NCBI GenBank assembly: GCA_964579635.1
Contig: CAZOFV010000005.1
Span: forward strand, 1 to 62,163
Direction of reading: 5' to 3'
Length of the DNA: 62,163 nucleotides
Source of the DNA: an uncultured Candidatus Saccharibacteria bacterium
GTDB taxonomy: Bacteria > Patescibacteriota > Minisyncoccia > Phycocordibacterales > VMEP01
Of the stretch, positions 36,838 through 46,092 are shown in pieces; within the stretch, counting starts at the first letter, position 1, and every line of letters starts with the position of its first letter. The notes under the pieces were generated by a model, which searched no databases, was not told where the DNA came from, and was given only the letters and a program-made list of their open reading frames with translations. The position numbers were made by a program, and so were the translations under genes.

Positions 36838-38532
36838 CTAATCGCCTAAATTAAGATATTCCGGCGTATTTACCACCATCCATTCAAGAACTTGGCGCAT
36901 TACATAAAGACCACCAACGGTGTTGTTATGGGGTCCTTTTTCCATGACCACCACAAAAGCATAACGTGGTTTTTCGTATGGAAAAAATCCCATAATCCAA
37001 GCATTAACAAATTCTTTCCTTGCTCCGAGTTCTGCTGTCCCTGTCTTTGCTCCAACAGAAACACCACTAATCTGGAGACCTTTTGCTGTTCCATCATCAA
37101 CCGCCATCTTCATCCCCTCTCGAATAATTTTAAAATTCTCTGCTGAAATTGGAATTGTGGTTGATGGTAAATTTTCTTCCCCCATTTTTATATGAGGAAT
37201 ATAAAGTGTTCCGCCGTTTGCGACAGCAGCCGTTGCTCGTGCAAGCTGAAGCGGAGAAACCTGTGTTCCATACTGCCCAATTGAGGTGTGGTACGTGTCA
37301 CCCAAAAGCCATTTACCATCTGCGAAATTTTTTGCTTTCCATTCTGGGCTTGGGATAGTGCCTGAAACTTCTGTTGCAAAATCAATACCAATTTTCTCAC
37401 CAAAACCAAACATCCTCATTATTTTTTCAATCTCTTTAATTCCTAGGCCTTTCTGATCTGCGTAACCGCCACCAATCGCGTAAAAATAAACGTCACTAGA
37501 AACAGCTAGTGCGCGTCTAACATCGGTCCAGCCATTTACTCTCCAATCCCTAAAAATAGATGGCTTGTCTGGAAAATATGGGTTTGGAATAGAAATTAAA
37601 CCAGAGGAGTATATTTGTTTATTCGGATCTATTATTTTATTTTCAAGTGCCCCTGCCGCAAGAAAAGGTTTTACTGTTGAACCGGGCGTATATAAACCAG
37701 AAGTCACACGATTTAAAAACGGTTTATTTTTATTTAAAAGAAGCGCATTTATTATTTTTGATTGATCCCCATTTGAAAGAACCTGTGAGCTATATTCTGG
37801 ATAACTTGAAAGCGCTAATATTTCTCCGTTATTAACATCAATGATTACACCAGCCCCACCCGTAAAACCAACTTGTTTTGAAAGGGCTTCCATTGTTTCG
37901 TAAAGCTTAGAAGAAACACGCGAGTCTATAGAAAGCACGACATTATCGCCATCAACCGGTGGCCTTTGGGAAATTTCCGATTTTAATTCACCCATCACAT
38001 CTGCCTCGACTAGACGCACACCATTTTCACCGCGCAATATCTCATCAAACTCTTTTTCAGCGCCTTCCTTTCCTGTTACTTCTGTTTGCCAAAAATTACC
38101 GCTGGAATCAACCTTCGGGTGGCTCACATAACCAAGAAGATGCGCTATCCCTAAAGCCTCAGAATAACTTCTCTTCGGGAAATTATCCTTTTCGTTGATT
38201 GTATTCCATGCCAACTCTTTTTTGTTTCTGTCGTAGATAACTCCGCGAACTGAAAAAATTGGGATGTGTTTGAGGTGATTACGCTCACTTATCCTCACGT
38301 ACTCTTCACCCATAGCAACTTGGAACCACCAAACACGACCAATAAAAATCGCAGCAATAAGAGCAAAAAAACTACCTATCATAAAAATACTTGTTCGAGA
38401 AATTGGTCTCTCTATGCGCCCTTCCATGTGGTTGGTATCAAACCCAGGCATATTCGCCGAATCAAGAAAAACTTCGTCTAAATCGAAATCTTTTGAAGAT
38501 ATTGGTTTTATTTTATGGCGCCTATATATCAT
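36838..38532 (-). CDS. mrdA: Penicillin-binding protein 2
   Basis: PGSTVK, SSDVYFY, KTGTAE; downstream of mreBCD. Confidence 0.88.
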   Translation of the reverse strand: MIYRRHKIKPISSKDFDLDEVFLDSANMPGFDTNHMEGRIERPISRTSIFMIGSFFALIAAIFIGRVWWFQVAMGEEYVRISERNHLKHIPIFSVRGVIYDRNKKELAWNTINEKDNFPKRSYSEALGIAHLLGYVSHPKVDSSGNFWQTEVTGKEGAEKEFDEILRGENGVRLVEADVMGELKSEISQRPPVDGDNVVLSIDSRVSSKLYETMEALSKQVGFTGGAGVIIDVNNGEILALSSYPEYSSQVLSNGDQSKIINALLLNKNKPFLNRVTSGLYTPGSTVKPFLAAGALENKIIDPNKQIYSSGLISIPNPYFPDKPSIFRDWRVNGWTDVRRALAVSSDVYFYAIGGGYADQKGLGIKEIEKIMRMFGFGEKIGIDFATEVSGTIPSPEWKAKNFADGKWLLGDTYHTSIGQYGTQVSPLQLARATAAVANGGTLYIPHIKMGEENLPSTTIPISAENFKIIREGMKMAVDDGTAKGLQISGVSVGAKTGTAELGARKEFVNAWIMGFFPYEKPRYAFVVVMEKGPHNNTVGGLYVMRQVLEWMVVNTPEYLNLGD

Positions 38533-38542
38533 TTTTTATAAA

Positions 38543-38833
38543 TTAATAGAAAGACAAGTAGCGTTTAAGTTTAGAAATAGAATAATAAAAAATTACCGCA
38601 AAGAGTGTTGAGACCAATGGAAAATTATAGAATTTAATCTCGGGGATACCGTACAACAAGTCTATCAACAAAAGTGCAAAAATTCCTTCATAAAAATTTT
38701 CAAACAAAAAAAGCATAATGATATATAAAATAAAACTAAGCCACCATGGAGCAAAAAACACCGAAGACAAAATCACAAAAAACCCAAATATTCTTAATCC
38801 AATAGTAAGAGATAAAGGGTTTTCATTTTTCAT
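38543..38833 (-). CDS. MreD-like membrane protein
   Basis: Hydrophobic 96 aa between mreC and mrdA. Confidence 0.55.
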   Translation of the reverse strand: MKNENPLSLTIGLRIFGFFVILSSVFFAPWWLSFILYIIMLFLFENFYEGIFALLLIDLLYGIPEIKFYNFPLVSTLFAVIFYYSISKLKRYLSFY

Positions 38834-38834
38834 G

Positions 38835-39626
38835 TTAATTATTCAAAACCTCAACAAGCTTTAACTCTTGCATATTAAACGGTGTCGTAAGAAGAATTGT
38901 TTCAAACGGGTCTCGTGGGTCATTGACGACAGCTCCAACAATAGCAATCAAAAAAGGATTAAGACCAAGAGAAATAACTTGTGCCCCAATTGGAACATCT
39001 ACATCACGAGGAAGAGTTGCTTCAAAATTGCCGTTACCCATCCCACGCAAAGAAACATTTATACTCCCTCCCACGATTAAGCCTTCTGTTATTTTCCCAG
39101 GAGAAGAGAATAATTCAACCTTTGATGTCATATCTCCTGCATAAGCAACCTCGCCTATAACTGTCCCGCCATAGGTTAAAACACGATCTCCATTTTCAAC
39201 CCCATTTTCAATACCAACATCAAGAACAATCGTGTCATATGGAGAACGATTCGGCTTAGCTATTATCGCAGCGAGTATTGAACTTTTTTCTGTCTTTCTT
39301 CCTAAAATTTCTTTGAGTTCTGTATTTTCCTGAATAAGTCTATCTCTTTCCAAAGCAAGGGCCTCAAAACTAACATGCTCTGCTTTCAATCGCCCGTTTT
39401 CTTCTGAAAGAGAGCGTTTTGAATGTAACGCCGACCAAAAAGAAGCGAAGAAATTGCCAAAATTATCCTTACTCTCAGAGACAAGGGCTAAAGAGTTTTG
39501 TGTACTGTTTCCAAGGCGTGCAATAAAATCCCTCTCGTAAATACCAACGATCACAACAAGGACTAGCACAAATAATAAAATTGTACTCTTTAAAAAACTT
39601 TTCTTTTTATCTCGGTGGTAAATCAT
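38835..39626 (-). CDS. mreC: Rod shape-determining protein MreC
   Basis: TM, coiled coil, IVLDVG..NGV..G; start moved to ATG 39626. Confidence 0.88.
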   Translation of the reverse strand: MIYHRDKKKSFLKSTILLFVLVLVVIVGIYERDFIARLGNSTQNSLALVSESKDNFGNFFASFWSALHSKRSLSEENGRLKAEHVSFEALALERDRLIQENTELKEILGRKTEKSSILAAIIAKPNRSPYDTIVLDVGIENGVENGDRVLTYGGTVIGEVAYAGDMTSKVELFSSPGKITEGLIVGGSINVSLRGMGNGNFEATLPRDVDVPIGAQVISLGLNPFLIAIVGAVVNDPRDPFETILLTTPFNMQELKLVEVLNN

Positions 39627-40662
39627 CTTGGTTTTCAATAAGGATATCACGGTGATTTTCGATATCTTCCAAAATAATACCTGTTCCACGAGCTACCGCT
39701 GAAAGCGGGTCTTCTGCTATATAAACTGGAATTTTTAAAACATTATTAAGATATGGAGCAAGCCCTTGAATGAGTGCGCCACCACCAACCAAAACAATAC
39801 CGCGATTCATTATGTCTGATGTTATTTCAGGCGGTGTTCGCTCAAGCACCTCCTTAACTGAATCCAAAAGATTTCCAATTGATGCTGAAATTGCCTCTCT
39901 TATATCTGCGTCAGTAACAATAACTTCTCGAGGCAATCCTGTTATTAAATCACGTCCTTTTATGGAAGTTTCAATAGAACTACCGACATCAAAAACAGAA
40001 CCAATCGCAATCTTCACACCTTCGGCTGTTTTTTCTCCAATTAAAATTTTAAATTCATCTCGAAGATAAGAAATAATATCTTCGTTTAATCTGTCGCCGG
40101 CTATTTTTAAATTCTTTGAAGCAACAATTCCACCAAGAGAAATAACCGCTATGTCGGTTGTACCACCACCAATATCTATAACCATTGAACCAACAGGGTC
40201 TTTTATCGGCATACGAATCCCAATGGCTGCAGCCATAGGCTCTTCAACAATATGTACTTCACGAGCGCCAGCGTTCTTTGTAGCGTCATAAACCGCACGA
40301 ATTTCAACGTTTGTAATTCCAGACGGCACGCCAACAACAACACGTGGACGAATTGGTTTTTTGGCAATACGGTCGGCTTTATTAATGAGGTAAGCAATCA
40401 TTTCTTCTGTTACCTCAAAATCAGAAATAACGCCATCAACAAGTGGTCTAATCGCCTTAATATGACCTGGTGTGCGTCCGAGCATTTGTTTCGCCTCAGC
40501 CCCAACAGCTACCACCTGCCCTGTTTTTTGGTTAACAGCAACAACCGATGGCTCGTTGATAACAATCCCATGTCCTTTTAAGTAGACAAGTGTATTCGCT
40601 GTTCCAAGATCGATACCAATATCGTTTGAAAAAACTGAGTATATTTTATCGAATGGTTTCAT
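39607..40662 (-). CDS. mreB: Rod shape-determining protein MreB
   Basis: IGIDLGTAN, DIGGGTT, GGGALI. Confidence 0.95.
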   Translation of the reverse strand: MKPFDKIYSVFSNDIGIDLGTANTLVYLKGHGIVINEPSVVAVNQKTGQVVAVGAEAKQMLGRTPGHIKAIRPLVDGVISDFEVTEEMIAYLINKADRIAKKPIRPRVVVGVPSGITNVEIRAVYDATKNAGAREVHIVEEPMAAAIGIRMPIKDPVGSMVIDIGGGTTDIAVISLGGIVASKNLKIAGDRLNEDIISYLRDEFKILIGEKTAEGVKIAIGSVFDVGSSIETSIKGRDLITGLPREVIVTDADIREAISASIGNLLDSVKEVLERTPPEITSDIMNRGIVLVGGGALIQGLAPYLNNVLKIPVYIAEDPLSAVARGTGIILEDIENHRDILIENQDDLPPR

Positions 40663-41916
40663 TTATTTATTTGGGGTAAATTCAGTCATTAATTCATCAA
40701 CCGAAACAATTCTTGATTCTTTCTCTGTGCGTTTCTTTATTTCAACACCACCTGCCTTCAAACTTTTATCCGACACAAGCACGCGATACGGGATACCTAT
40801 TAAGTCTGCGTCAGCAAACTTTTCTCCCGCAGTTTTATCGGTACGGTCGTCGTGTAAAGTCTCAACCCCAGCCTTGTTTAGTATTTCATAAACCTCACTC
40901 GCCTTCTTTGAAACCTCTTTGTCATCGCTACTAAGTTCTAAGAGATGAACCTTAAACGGCGCTATTTCTTCTGGCCAAACCATTCCGCGTTCATCGGAGA
41001 GAATTTCAACAACTGTTCCCATCAATCTTCCGAGACCAATTCCATAACAACCCATAATCACATCTTTATCCTCCCCTGCTTCATCTTTGTATGTGAGATT
41101 AAATGGCTTAGAGTATTTTGTTTTGAGTTCAAAAATATTTCCAACTTCAATTGCTTTTTCTTTTCTTAAGTCATCAGCACCACATTCCGGACATGTGCTT
41201 TGGTCGGAAATAATCTCTTCGTTCACCGCTATGCGACATTTATCACAAATATGAATTGTATCTTCTCCGGCCCCTGAAACAGCCTGGAATTCATGAGAAT
41301 ATTTAGAGAAACTTCCACCTGAAGCAAAGGTTAAATATGTATTTATCCCAATGCCTGCACGCTTAAAAATATTTGCGTAGGCAGTTTTCATCACCTCATA
41401 ATATTTTTTTAAATCCTCTTCGTCTGTATGAAAAGAATACAAATCTTTCATAATAAATTCTCTTCCGCGTAAAATACCTGACTTAGCACGAAGCTCCATT
41501 CTAAATTTATTTTGAATTTGATAAATATAAACAGGAAGATCTCGATATGAAGAAATAAATTTCTTTGCGAGCGGAACAACCACCTCCTCATGTGTAGGAC
41601 CAAGCGCGTTTTCACGACCAGAAGTGTCAGACACTTTATAAAGATCATCCATTGTTTCCCAGCGACCAGTTGTCTCCCAATTTTCTTTTGGGTGAAGTGA
41701 CGGCATCAAAATCTCAACACCTTCCGCCTTGTTCATTTCCTCGCGGATTATATTTTCAATCTTTTTTAAGACACGTAAACCAAGTGGTAAATAGGTATAA
41801 ACACCAGCTTGTAATTTATCGACAAAACCGGCTCTAATAAGGAACTCTGCATTTTTAGACACCTCATCAGCTGGCGCCTCTTTGCGTGTTTTTGTAAAGA
41901 GTTTTGATTGCAACAT
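40663..41916 (-). CDS. proS: Proline--tRNA ligase (short form, no editing insertion)
   Basis: GPTHEE, RGREFIMKD, GCYGIG. Confidence 0.93.
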   Translation of the reverse strand: MLQSKLFTKTRKEAPADEVSKNAEFLIRAGFVDKLQAGVYTYLPLGLRVLKKIENIIREEMNKAEGVEILMPSLHPKENWETTGRWETMDDLYKVSDTSGRENALGPTHEEVVVPLAKKFISSYRDLPVYIYQIQNKFRMELRAKSGILRGREFIMKDLYSFHTDEEDLKKYYEVMKTAYANIFKRAGIGINTYLTFASGGSFSKYSHEFQAVSGAGEDTIHICDKCRIAVNEEIISDQSTCPECGADDLRKEKAIEVGNIFELKTKYSKPFNLTYKDEAGEDKDVIMGCYGIGLGRLMGTVVEILSDERGMVWPEEIAPFKVHLLELSSDDKEVSKKASEVYEILNKAGVETLHDDRTDKTAGEKFADADLIGIPYRVLVSDKSLKAGGVEIKKRTEKESRIVSVDELMTEFTPNK

Positions 41917-41955
41917 AGTGCTATCTTACACTATTTTTTTAAGAAAAAGAAAAAA

Positions 41956-41984
41956 TTGACAAAACCGAATAAATGGTGTACTCT
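41956..41984 (+). promoter_or_regulatory. Sigma70-type promoter of ORFan 42042
   Basis: TTGACA-17-TACTCT. Confidence 0.7.
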
Positions 41985-42041
41985 AAGCAAAGAATTTGTA
42001 GTATTAAATTTTCAACATAAACCCAGTAAAGGAGAACCGAA

Positions 42042-42299
42042 ATGAAAAAATTTGGTATTATCGCGTTTTTGCTGATGATGGCGGTTACCGCTTTTGCAGC
42101 AAACACCGGCATCGACCTCCCCGGCGTCTCGGAAAACGAGCGTCTAACCAAAGCAGTAATTTTCGCCGGCATTGCCGCCTTCTGGGTGGGGGCGCTATGG
42201 GCGCACGTTCTGACCTCCCACGCAACGGAAGAGAAGTACAGTCGCGCGTTCATCCGCGATAACGACGAGTTGCCACGAGATTCAACCGAAGCCACGTGA
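42042..42299 (+). CDS. 85-aa ORFan with signal peptide and one TM
   Basis: AAAGGAGA RBS; MKK-hydrophobic-AFA signal; GC-rich codons. Confidence 0.8.
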   Translation: MKKFGIIAFLLMMAVTAFAANTGIDLPGVSENERLTKAVIFAGIAAFWVGALWAHVLTSHATEEKYSRAFIRDNDELPRDSTEAT

Positions 42300-42332
42300 A
42301 ATTTTCACGTGACCAAACGGCGACCCAAAACC

Positions 42333-42360
42333 AAAGCCGACCACTCTCGTGGCCGGCTTT
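42333..42360. terminator. Intrinsic terminator
   Basis: AAAGCCG-A-CCAC/GTGG-C-CGGCTTT. Confidence 0.7.
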
Positions 42361-42383
42361 CTTCATTTACCTATTTATTCATT

Positions 42384-43487
42384 TTATCCAAACAACCGTG
42401 CAATATCGTGATATGTCACGACGAGCATCAAAATAATCAAAATCGCAAAACCAATTAAATTAAATGTATTGGCGATAACTGGTTTTATTGGTGAGCCTTT
42501 TATACTTTCAATAATTACAAAAAGAAATCTTCCACCATCAAGCGCTGGAAATGGTAGTAAGTTTAAAACCGCAAGATTAACAGAAATCAAGGCGGTAAAA
42601 GAAAGCAGATAAGCAAAACCGAACTTGCTTGCCTCCCCCACCATCCCAACAATTCCAACAGGACCAGTGAGTGAAGATATTTCAGATTTTCCGTTAAACA
42701 TTCCGGAAAGCAAATCAACCAAAGAACTCACAGTAAGGTAAGAAAGTGAGCCGGTGGTTTTAAGACCTTGCCAGATTGCCTCAACTGGTGAAAGTTTTAT
42801 AACTCCAATTTCATCAATAACAACGCCAACGGCGTAACCAGCCCCAGGAATTGAAGCAGGGGTTATTAAAACATTCCTTGTCTCTCCGTTTCGAACATAG
42901 GCTATATCAATAGCATCCCCTTTGTGGTCTTGAACAAAGCTTCGAAAAAATTCTGGTTTTAATCCTTTTATATTTTCTGATTGCGAAGAAACAGACACAA
43001 TCTGATCTCCCGCTTCAATCCCCGCAATGCTAGCCGGTGAGCCGTTTGAAACATCAAGTACCACTAATTTTGTATCTCGCAAACCTTCCGCAAATATTGA
43101 TTGCGAAGAAGTTGGTAACCCAATCATATAACTAGCTGAAAAAAGAACCCACGCCAAAAGAGCGTTAAAAAATATTCCGGCAAGTAAGACACTGGCCTGA
43201 ACCCATTTTGGTTGCGCTCCAAAACCTCGAGAAAGATCTCCATTTTCTGCCTTTTTTTCTTCTTCTGTTTCTGCTGGATTCTCGCCAAAAATTTTAACAA
43301 AACCACCAAATGGCAATAAATTTAAACTATATTGAGTCTCTCCTCTTTTCCAAGAAAAAACCTTTGGAGGAAAACCAATAGCAAATTCATCAACACGAAT
43401 TTTTGCCCATTTTGCTGTTATAAAATGTCCAAACTCATGAACTAAGATGAGAACAAATAAAATTATTAGAAAAAGAAGGATAGACAT
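42384..43487 (-). CDS. rseP: RIP metalloprotease RseP (M50) with PDZ domain
   Basis: HEFGH, NLLPFGGFV, NLLPFPALDGG. Confidence 0.93.
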   Translation of the reverse strand: MSILLFLIILFVLILVHEFGHFITAKWAKIRVDEFAIGFPPKVFSWKRGETQYSLNLLPFGGFVKIFGENPAETEEEKKAENGDLSRGFGAQPKWVQASVLLAGIFFNALLAWVLFSASYMIGLPTSSQSIFAEGLRDTKLVVLDVSNGSPASIAGIEAGDQIVSVSSQSENIKGLKPEFFRSFVQDHKGDAIDIAYVRNGETRNVLITPASIPGAGYAVGVVIDEIGVIKLSPVEAIWQGLKTTGSLSYLTVSSLVDLLSGMFNGKSEISSLTGPVGIVGMVGEASKFGFAYLLSFTALISVNLAVLNLLPFPALDGGRFLFVIIESIKGSPIKPVIANTFNLIGFAILIILMLVVTYHDIARLFG

Positions 43488-43490
43488 GTA

Positions 43491-44042
43491 TTAATTCAAA
43501 ATATCTTTTTCTTTTCTTTCTGTAAATTCTAATAAACGAGAATTTGCTTCATCAACTAATTTTTGAAGTTCATCTTTATATCTAAATTTTTCATCTTCTG
43601 TGATCAAACCATCTTTCTCTTGCGCCTGAATATCAGCCCAAACTTTTTCTCTTTCTGTTCTCACAGAAATACGGGCTTCTTCTAATTTGCTTTTTGATAA
43701 TTTAACAAGCATTTCTCGACGCTCCGAAGAAAGTTGAGGAAACGACACACGAAGTCCTTCGTCGTCTGTTGAAACAGAAAGACCTAAATTTGCAGAAGCA
43801 ATCGCACGCTCAACTTCCTTCACATGGGTTTTGTCCCAAGGAGAAATACGAAGTGTGCGAGGATCTTCGACAGATACGGTCGCCACATGTTCAATAGGCG
43901 TTCTTGCTCCATATGCTTCAACCAAAACACCGTCCAAAATTGCGGGGTTGGCGCGTCCAGTATGAAGAGATGCAAACTCGTGAAGTAACCACTCATCTAC
44001 TTTCTTTAATTCATCTTTAAATTGCTGAAAACTGTATGCCAT
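43491..44042 (-). CDS. frr: Ribosome recycling factor
   Basis: TGRANPAILD, ISPWD, FPQLSSERR. Confidence 0.95.
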   Translation of the reverse strand: MAYSFQQFKDELKKVDEWLLHEFASLHTGRANPAILDGVLVEAYGARTPIEHVATVSVEDPRTLRISPWDKTHVKEVERAIASANLGLSVSTDDEGLRVSFPQLSSERREMLVKLSKSKLEEARISVRTEREKVWADIQAQEKDGLITEDEKFRYKDELQKLVDEANSRLLEFTERKEKDILN

Positions 44043-44117
44043 GTTGAGCTGTAGTATAAGGTATTTTTAAGAAAGTAAAAAGGTTTCTTTTTTTGTTTTT
44101 GTTTTCAAATATTTTTT

Positions 44118-44207
44118 AAAATACCATTAAAAAACACGTATAATTTTCTGCTGAAAATTTACTATGCTCGTGCCGCCGCACTACGCAATGTTTTTTAATG
44201 GTATTTT
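44118..44207. repeat. Palindromic element copy B
   Basis: Arms AAAATACCATTAAAAAACA/TGTTTTTTAATGGTATTTT; AATTTT-CTGCTG-AAAATT inner hairpin. Confidence 0.8.
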
Positions 44208-44240
44208 GTGGTGTTTAAACTAAAAAAATAAAATACTTAA

Positions 44241-44939
44241 CTAAACCGTAATCGCTAAATATTCAACAATCATTTTTATTGAAGGTGAACGGTCGTTTAA
44301 ATAACCACGTAATTTTATTATTGTTTCAAGAGTAGCCACTTCTTCTTTTGATATCACTCTTTCGTTTATTTTTCTACCAAGGGCAACTTGGAGATTATCT
44401 ATAAAAACAACAGTCTTCTCGCGATCTTTATCAGTGATAAGTTTTTTTATAAATGGCATTTGTAAACGCGAAGTTGGTTCGCTTTTCAAAAACTTTTCGA
44501 CAATCTCCCCCATCTCGGTATCTTCATAAAAATCATTTTTATTTTTTGAAACAATAACCATTCTTGAACGTAAAGTTGGAAGAATAGTTCTCGCATCCTT
44601 AATAACAACAAAAAAATGAGTCATCTCTGTTGGTTCTTCAAAAACCTTAAGTAGTGAATTCTGCGCCTCTCTTGTAAAGGCTCCTGCTGAAACCACGAAT
44701 ATTTTACGTTCACCTCCAAATGTTTTTTCTGATTGCTTACGCTTCAATTCCCTACTCTCATCGATACCAAGCGTCTCATAATGAGCAATGAAAAAATCCG
44801 GATTACCCAAACTAACAATTCCAAAACTATTTTCGATTTCCAGAATAAGTTCAGATAAAGCGCTTTCCTCTTCGCCCTCAATTAGATAAGCGTGGTGTAT
44901 GTTCCCTGTTTTCTTAAATTCTTGAAATATAGATTTCAT
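44241..44939 (-). CDS. DNA polymerase III delta-prime-like protein (reduced)
   Basis: HHAYLI, AQNSLLKVFEEP, ILPTLRSR; Walker A and Zn finger absent. Confidence 0.8.
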   Translation of the reverse strand: MKSIFQEFKKTGNIHHAYLIEGEEESALSELILEIENSFGIVSLGNPDFFIAHYETLGIDESRELKRKQSEKTFGGERKIFVVSAGAFTREAQNSLLKVFEEPTEMTHFFVVIKDARTILPTLRSRMVIVSKNKNDFYEDTEMGEIVEKFLKSEPTSRLQMPFIKKLITDKDREKTVVFIDNLQVALGRKINERVISKEEVATLETIIKLRGYLNDRSPSIKMIVEYLAITV

Positions 44940-44962
44940 ATTTATATAAATAGCTTTTTATC

Positions 44963-45036
44963 TTTTAAAAACGCGCATATTCGCCTGCTGGCGAATTGCT
45001 ATGCTCGTGCCGCCGCACTGCGCAATGTTTTTAAAA
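44963..45036. repeat. Palindromic element copy D
   Basis: CTATGCTCGTGCCGCCGCACT core as in copy B; ATTCGC-CTGCTG-GCGAAT inner hairpin. Confidence 0.75.
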
Positions 45037-45070
45037 AATAAAAAGCGGAAAAAAGAAAATTCTTTTTAAA

Positions 45071-46084
45071 TCATCGCTTCGCGATTATCGATTTTTTGTA
45101 AACATCCAAATGCTCAAGTGCGATACCTGTTCCTTTTGCCACGCAATACAAAGGGTCTTCGGCCATCATCGCCTTAACTCCGGTGCGACGAAAAACGAGT
45201 TCTGGAAAGTTGCGAAGCATAGAAGTTCCTCCGGTCATAATAATACCGTTGTCTATAATGTCCGCTGAAAGTTCTGGCGGTGTGTCTTGAAGAACATCTT
45301 TAATCGCCTTCACCATCTGCCTTAATTCTTTATCAATTGCCTTAACAATTTCGTTGGTAGAAATTTGAGCAGTACGTGGCAACCCAGCGATAAAATCTCG
45401 TCCCTTTATTGTCATGGTTAATTCTTCGTCCATCGGTGTTGCTGAACCAATTTGAATCTTTATATCTTCTGCGGTCTTATCTCCAATCGCCAAATTAAAT
45501 GTCTTTTTTATGTAATCAGTTATAGCAGAATCAATACGATTCCCTGCGCATTTAACAGAGTTTGAAGCAACAATTCCGCCAAGAGAAATAACTGCAACGT
45601 CTGTTGTGCCACCACCAATGTCAACAATCATATGACCCCTTGGTTCATGAATAGGAATTCCTGCACCAATGGCGGCAAGGATCGGCTCCTTAACAACGTA
45701 GGCATTTTTTGCCCCAGCCTTAATCGCTGCCTCAACAACCGCACGGCGTTCTGTTGATGTCACCCCTGCTGGAACAGAGACCATCACCTCTGGTTTAAAA
45801 ATACTAAAACGCCCCATTGCTTTGCCGATATAATAACGAAGCATTGCTTCGGTCACACGATAATCAGCGATAACACCATCTCTCATTGGACGATAAGCAA
45901 TAATACTGTCTGGTGTTTTACCAATCATTTCTTTTGCTTCAATACCAACAGCTAAAATTTTATTTTCCTGTTCCGAGACAGCAACAACTGATGGTTCATT
46001 CAAAACAATCCCTTTACCAGGAAGATACACAAGAGTGTTTGCTGTCCCTAAATCTATTCCTAATTTTTTTGTAAAAAATGACAT
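45071..46084 (-). CDS. mreB: Second MreB/Mbl-family actin homolog
   Basis: LGIDLGTAN, DIGGGTT, TGGTSML. Confidence 0.9.
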   Translation of the reverse strand: MSFFTKKLGIDLGTANTLVYLPGKGIVLNEPSVVAVSEQENKILAVGIEAKEMIGKTPDSIIAYRPMRDGVIADYRVTEAMLRYYIGKAMGRFSIFKPEVMVSVPAGVTSTERRAVVEAAIKAGAKNAYVVKEPILAAIGAGIPIHEPRGHMIVDIGGGTTDVAVISLGGIVASNSVKCAGNRIDSAITDYIKKTFNLAIGDKTAEDIKIQIGSATPMDEELTMTIKGRDFIAGLPRTAQISTNEIVKAIDKELRQMVKAIKDVLQDTPPELSADIIDNGIIMTGGTSMLRNFPELVFRRTGVKAMMAEDPLYCVAKGTGIALEHLDVYKKSIIAKR

Positions 46085-46092
46085 TTTTATGT

